Positions 59,422 through 64,000 of a DNA stretch of 64,000 nucleotides are shown here, one piece after another. The translations under genes and the position numbers were made by a program. The stretch's first letter is position 1; every line of letters begins with the position of its first letter. The notes beneath the pieces were generated by a model. That model worked only from the letters and a program-made list of their open reading frames with translations, was not told where the DNA came from and did no database searches. Source of the DNA: Lophium mytilinum. Taxonomy: Eukaryota. The stretch spans positions 620,001 to 684,000 of the forward strand of contig MU004197.1 in the NCBI GenBank assembly GCA_010093605.1, given 5' to 3'.

Positions 59422-60924
59422 ATGACCCGCAATCTATCTGACCTCTATGAGGAGGCCCTCGAGCACACCACAGCTGAGATGATGGACTGGGAAACCGTCT
59501 CCACCAAATCTACCTCCTCCTCAGACGAAATGGAAGTGGTCGCCACACCTCCCTCTTCTTCGTCTTCTTCTGATGACGGGAACGAGGTTGACTCCATCTA
59601 TTCAGAATCCGACAGCGACGACGAGCTCCCAGATCTCATCCCACTCCCGGACGATATCGTCGACGCCGACGCTGACGCCCAGCCCCATCACTGCCGCAGA
59701 TTGCACGTCGACACCGTCTTGCGCTACATGGTGGTTTTCTTTTGCCTGATGCACTTCACCCCGACGCTCAAGCTCGTCGAGTTCCTCTTAGACCAATACG
59801 CCAGTGTCGTGGCCGTCTCACCCACGATTAAGAGCGCATACGACTCTAACAACTCCTTCGTGAATCCGGAGCGCTTTGAGTTCGTAAGAGATCGTGTCTA
59901 CGATGTCCAGGAGGATCCTGAGTCCATGAAATTTAGGACCGAGGCTCTCGAACTGCAGATCGAGCGCCTGACGGAAGAGCGAGACGCAGCCAAGGATTAC
60001 ACGCGCGAGGTGATGCAGGACGTCGAGCACCTGACGGAAGAGCGAGACGCAGCCAAGGATTACACGCGCGAGGTGATGCAGAACGTTGACCGGTGGGAGC
60101 ATTCGCTGAGCGAGATCACTGGTAGAAAGCTGATCAAGCCCTATGTCACACTGAACGTGAAACCTATCGACATGGATACTGCACTGTGGCCTGCGAAAGC
60201 TTGGATTGAGCAGAGCTTCCGGACAATGGAAGAAAATAGAGGCTCCTTTGCGGAGTGGGCTGAGAAGAGGAGGACTTTTATGAAGGAGATCTTCACCGCG
60301 CTAGAGAAATTCGCTGGGCCCCCCTGGTCTAAAGACGATGATGAGAGCTTCGAATCCGCTGGGAACGCCTGGTCTGAAGATGATGACGATGAGAGCTTCG
60401 CGGATGTTTTGTCCACCTCCCCGCCACTTCCAGAGGGAGCGGTTTGGGAGAAGTGTCCCCCGGAAGCGAGCTGCTTCATCGGAGACGCATGGACGAGGGA
60501 AGGGGGGTGTCCAGAGTACGCCCAATGCGTGCGTCATCCCGCCAAACAAGTTACCTGCGGAACTTACCGTTGTACCTTCAAGTACAACCCATGGAGGGGA
60601 GACAAGGCGAGGCTGCCGAACGTGCAAGATGGGGTCGTGCGTTCGTGGACTATGGTCGACGTTTTGCCAATGGGAAAGCTGGGTCACGATCAAGCTGCCT
60701 CATCTGAGGGAAGCTTGATAAGCTCAATTCGTTCGGCGTTTCAACCCTTGATAACCTTAAATCGTTTGGCGTCTCGACCGTTCGAAATATTGGAAAGCTT
60801 TGCCCCGACGTTCTTCGGACGTATTCTCCCCTGGATTCAGATAGGAATGATGTTTGGAGCGACGTTCTTCGGACGTATTCTCCCCTGGATTGAGATAGGA
60901 ATGATGTTTGCTCAGGCAAACTAG
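59422..60924 (+). CDS. Orphan protein (~500 aa): acidic N-terminus, hydrophobic segment, coiled coil, Cys/Trp domain, duplicated hydrophobic C-tail
   Basis: Long single ORF; four internal duplications, all multiples of 3 nt. The start is inferred. Confidence 0.75.
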   Translation: MTRNLSDLYEEALEHTTAEMMDWETVSTKSTSSSDEMEVVATPPSSSSSSDDGNEVDSIYSESDSDDELPDLIPLPDDIVDADADAQPHHCRRLHVDTVLRYMVVFFCLMHFTPTLKLVEFLLDQYASVVAVSPTIKSAYDSNNSFVNPERFEFVRDRVYDVQEDPESMKFRTEALELQIERLTEERDAAKDYTREVMQDVEHLTEERDAAKDYTREVMQNVDRWEHSLSEITGRKLIKPYVTLNVKPIDMDTALWPAKAWIEQSFRTMEENRGSFAEWAEKRRTFMKEIFTALEKFAGPPWSKDDDESFESAGNAWSEDDDDESFADVLSTSPPLPEGAVWEKCPPEASCFIGDAWTREGGCPEYAQCVRHPAKQVTCGTYRCTFKYNPWRGDKARLPNVQDGVVRSWTMVDVLPMGKLGHDQAASSEGSLISSIRSAFQPLITLNRLASRPFEILESFAPTFFGRILPWIQIGMMFGATFFGRILPWIEIGMMFAQAN

Positions 60925-61019
60925 GAGTAGGGTTTCAATGAGTTTGCCTAATTGGAAAGTTAAATGGGGGCGCTTTAAGGGGGTGTTTAAGATCAAATGA
61001 GGTTATTTTGTATGGAGGG

Positions 61020-61584
61020 ATCAGATTCTTATTAACTCTTTGAATATGAGTTCAACAGACCTTGATTGGAGCAGATCCAAAGCGCGTATGATTCCTGTGC
61101 CCTCCGCGCCGATTTTTCTTGTCAACCCAGAGTATGTTACCAAGTATGGACGGAGTCTTTGCTCCATACTTCCCATGCTTGCCTCGCGAATCGTCTTGCT
61201 GAGATGGTGCACACTGGCTTATCACTACTTGGTGTGCCTCTGGGGTTCTTCAACTATCTGAATCTGATGTGACCTTCAACGTGGCGCGCATTAGGCAGCC
61301 CTTTGACCCCTCGGCCACCTGCCACTGGTACCGCTCTGAACACACTTCGATAGAGACACCGGAAAGTGAAATGGGATCCCTTGGCCCGTCGTATTTGGCT
61401 TTATGCTTTTCGTACAATAGCCTAGCACCGTCTGGGATCCTGTAGTACGTTGTAAGAGATCGGAAAAGGACAGTTTTGACAAGAGTGAAAGCTTTGTGGG
61501 CCTCCGCAAACAGTGCCAGACTGTCCCTTCACACAGTGTGGTCAATAGAAAGTCCGGGCATTGCGCCACGACGGGCCAAGAGAT
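61020..61584 (-). ncRNA. Candidate structured RNA (independent ncRNA or 3'UTR element), class unassigned
   Basis: Perfect 13-bp inverted repeat 61380-61392/61568-61580, plus 11- and 13-bp helices whose imperfections are G.U only on the minus strand. Confidence 0.55.
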
Positions 61585-61835
61585 AATATGAGATTTGGAT
61601 ATGCGATATCTGCACAGAACATAAGAAAAGCCGACAAAAGAAATAGCAAAGCAGTTCGCTTAACGACGATCTCCGGAGTGATGAGATCAAAGAGTTCCAT
61701 CCCCCAAACCAGCCTGAGTCCCCACCCATCCAAGGCAGCCCTAATGTGATCCCCCCAAAAACGCCCGCTCGCTGAAATCTCGACGTGAGGATACAAAACA
61801 GCACCAGCATAAACCCCCTCTTAACCTAACCCTTC

Positions 61836-62287
61836 CTACGAAAAGCTGACAAACTTGGGATCCCTCGGCCTCCCATCCGCGCCGATCCCGTTCCGCCTGA
61901 ACCCCTCCTGCACCCACAACCGCCTCGCCTCGTCGAATCCCACGCGCTGCCTTTTCATGATCGCCTGTACTTCTTTCTTCGCTTTATCGTCTAACCCAGC
62001 GCGGGAATCCCCGGCTTCGATGTTCTCGGAGAGGTTGAAGGAGCTGGAGGATAGCCCGGCTTCGATGTCGCCGGTGAAGGAAGACGGGAGGCGCTGATAG
62101 AGATGCGGGAAGGGGTTTGGAAGGTTGACAGTCGGGAGGCGGTGGGTCCAGTGGGAACGGGTGTAGTAGAGGGCTGTGGATGGTGTTAGTTTGGTGGACG
62201 CTGGTGGAGGGGGATGAGGGGCAACGAACCTGTAGAAAGGATGAGGAGGAGAAGAAAGAGGTAGGTGGAGTAGGCTATGTAGCTCAT
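61836..62287 (-). CDS. Small conserved fungal protein (UPF0357 / YCL012C-like), exons 62287-62230 and 62173-61836, 131 aa
   Basis: N-terminal TM, then SFTGDIEAGLSSSSFNLSENIEAGDSRAGLD...FDEARR...NGIGADGRPRDPKFVSFS. Not present as a single ORF in the supplied track. Confidence 0.85.
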
Positions 62288-62689
62288 ATTTGCGGTTCTT
62301 GTGGGTTTACGCGCTGGGTGATGTAGAGGGCGTTGGTGCACTTCCGCCGCGTCCGGAGGGACTACGCGGTTCTGAACAGTAGTAACACAAGGAAAAGATG
62401 TCGCGGTGGATAGCTGGGTATACGCAGGCGGGAGGGCTCCCAGCGCTGCTATTAGAGCTTAGAGGTGGCGTAGTCGAGGAGAGTGAGAGAGTGAATGAAG
62501 CGTGATACCTACCTGTCTCTCCCCGAACGTGGTCGTCAGCTGCTGCGGCGGGTTGCATGACTAAACGGGTGTATTTTCGGATTGCAGTTCTTCCATGCCG
62601 ACCGCGCCCGCACGGACGCCCACACAAATCGAGCCTCGAACTTCACGCGCGAGACGACTTGCTAGACAATACCCAAACACGCAGGTACA

Positions 62690-63499
62690 ATGGCGACCAA
62701 CATTTCCTCGGACCTGATTTGGGAGGTTACCCGTACGTCTACTCCCCTCCCGAAATACTAGGAAGAACAGGAAATCAAAATGGAGGATCGAGAGAAATTC
62801 GAGGAAGATCGAGAGCTGATGAAAGACCAGGCGGCCACAGTGCCTATCTCGTGAAGAGGAAGGGTGCCGGTGGTGTGCAGTTCTCGCGCGACCCGTTGAA
62901 CTTGAAGAACCAGTACAGGCGGAAGGTCAGATTCCATCCCGATCTTCAATTCCTGGATTTGAACATTTAGCTAACAATGCGCAGTACGAGGGTGTCGCCA
63001 ATGACCAGGTACGTTAACCACACCAGATTCCGAAGAGCTCGATTGAACGATTTGGATGCTTGGGATATTGAGAACACTTGGACAATGGCTTATGCAGGAA
63101 ACAGGCCTTCGGTGTCCAACCCTCCGCTGACGGCGGCGTTATCCTCTCGGTCAAGAAGTCCGACAAGTCCCACAAGCCCGCCTCCTCTTTGCAGACCACC
63201 ACATTCGGCTCCGGAAAGTCGTCGCGGAAGTACGTAGACCTTCTTCTCCGATTTCCAGGAGATATCTGTCACGAGCCACGTGGAAATGGGAGCACGCTGG
63301 CATTATTGAACCGGTAGCTAATCGATGTTTTAGGACCTACTCTAGCATCGTGAACAGCACCACCAAGCGCAGCTACCGCCCCGACCTCCGCGCCGAGGCT
63401 GTCTCGCGCGCCTCTGCCATCCGCAAGAGCCAGAAGCCCGTCAAGGCCGACCGACCAAGCAAGCTGAGGGGAGCCAAGGCGAAGGCTGCTGCTGCGTAA
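62690..63499 (+). CDS. RPL28: 60S ribosomal protein eL28 (L28e), 5 exons (62690-62732, 62831-62925, 62985-63008, 63105-63229, 63334-63499), 150 aa
   Basis: SSDLIWEVTR...AYLVKR...QFSRDPLNLKN and YRPDLRAEAVSRASAI motifs. Symbol follows metazoan eL28 naming, not yeast RPL28/uL15. Confidence 0.93.
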
Positions 63500-63775
63500 G
63501 GGACTTGTTGAAGGAATGAGGGGTAGCATGCGGCATGAGAACGGCGTGCAATTCAGGAATCAGATACCTCCAATGTCCAAGTGAGGGCAGTTGAGCATCA
63601 AAACATGTTTCATTTTGGGTGACTTTCGCTATCGCCGCTGTAGGCTCATGCAAATTACGCCCCTTCCACCAGCCTTTTGACATAGCCCAGCCTGTTAAGG
63701 CCACCCAGACGCCGCTCCAACGCCATACACATGCAAGAAAAGAGAATACCTACTTACATGTCGATCAGTTCGGCA

Positions 63776-64000
63776 TCACCGTCTGGGGAACCCAGGTGGT
63801 GGATTGAAACCGGCGGGCAGTCCAGGAGGCGGTCCAAAGCCAGCCGCAGGCGGGGGTCCAGAGAAACCTGGGGGCTGGAAGTTGATGGGTCCCCCGTAAC
63901 CAGCGTTTGACTGAGGTGGCCTTGCGGGGAGACCAGCTGGCGGCGGCGGCAGTGGCGTACTCGACATAGGCCGCTGCTGATGTGGGGGCGGGACGCTGTT
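63776..64000 (-). CDS. 3' end of a gene with a Pro/Gly/Phe low-complexity tail; truncated by the window edge
   Basis: ...PPPPAGLPARPPQ...GFGPPPGLPAGFNPPPGFPRR*; tails of this kind occur in RNA-processing proteins, but the family cannot be determined. Confidence 0.7.
   Translation of the reverse strand, partial: NSVPPPHQQRPMSSTPLPPPPAGLPARPPQSNAGYGGPINFQPPGFSGPPPAAGFGPPPGLPAGFNPPPGFPRR

Noticed and set aside
61548..61559. GAAAGTCCGGGC resembling RNase P/MRP CR-I
   Set aside because: It lies on the strand opposite to the G.U-supported fold, and I found no matching CR-V/P4 partner downstream.

Overview
Gene-dense window from a filamentous ascomycete (Pezizomycotina, probably a Dothideomycete; this is inference from short GT-AG introns with CTRAY branch sites and from gene content). 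About 27 protein-coding genes were modelled by hand, most with their introns. Recognisable housekeeping genes are: a histidine acid phosphatase, an ABHD11-like hydrolase, an HTD2-like dehydratase, PHA2, eRF1/SUP45, an AVT1-like transporter, TIM8, RPL25, BMT2, HSF1, a P5B ATPase (YPK9), an MFS permease, cyclin CCL1, SMI1/KNR4, a UPF0357-like protein and eL28. Six observations stand out. (1) A head-to-head gene pair at 47.5-56.3 kb: a HeLo-like-N-terminus protein faces a ~2090-aa mosaic protein (helical N-domain, C2H2 fingers, RRM-like domain, two degenerate macrodomains, a Cys/His module, a duplicated captured module and a Sin3-type PAH domain). This looks like an undescribed sensor/executioner immunity pair with integrated decoys. 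(2) An ORF-free ~1.25-kb segment at 41.5-42.8 kb has many nested long-range helices, an upstream CACGTG+TATA and a 3' Sm-type site, making it a candidate large ncRNA. (3) A second, minus-strand, G.U-rich, possibly pseudoknotted RNA element lies at 61.0-61.6 kb. (4) eRF1 has a UGA-CGG stop, a 3'UTR intron placed for readthrough/NMD autoregulation, and a readthrough extension ending in SRL. (5) A 5-kb gene-free tract holds five unrelated tandem arrays. (6) Two adjacent orphan membrane-protein genes share a Cys/Trp motif and carry many in-frame internal duplications. All family assignments come from motif recognition; no searches were run.
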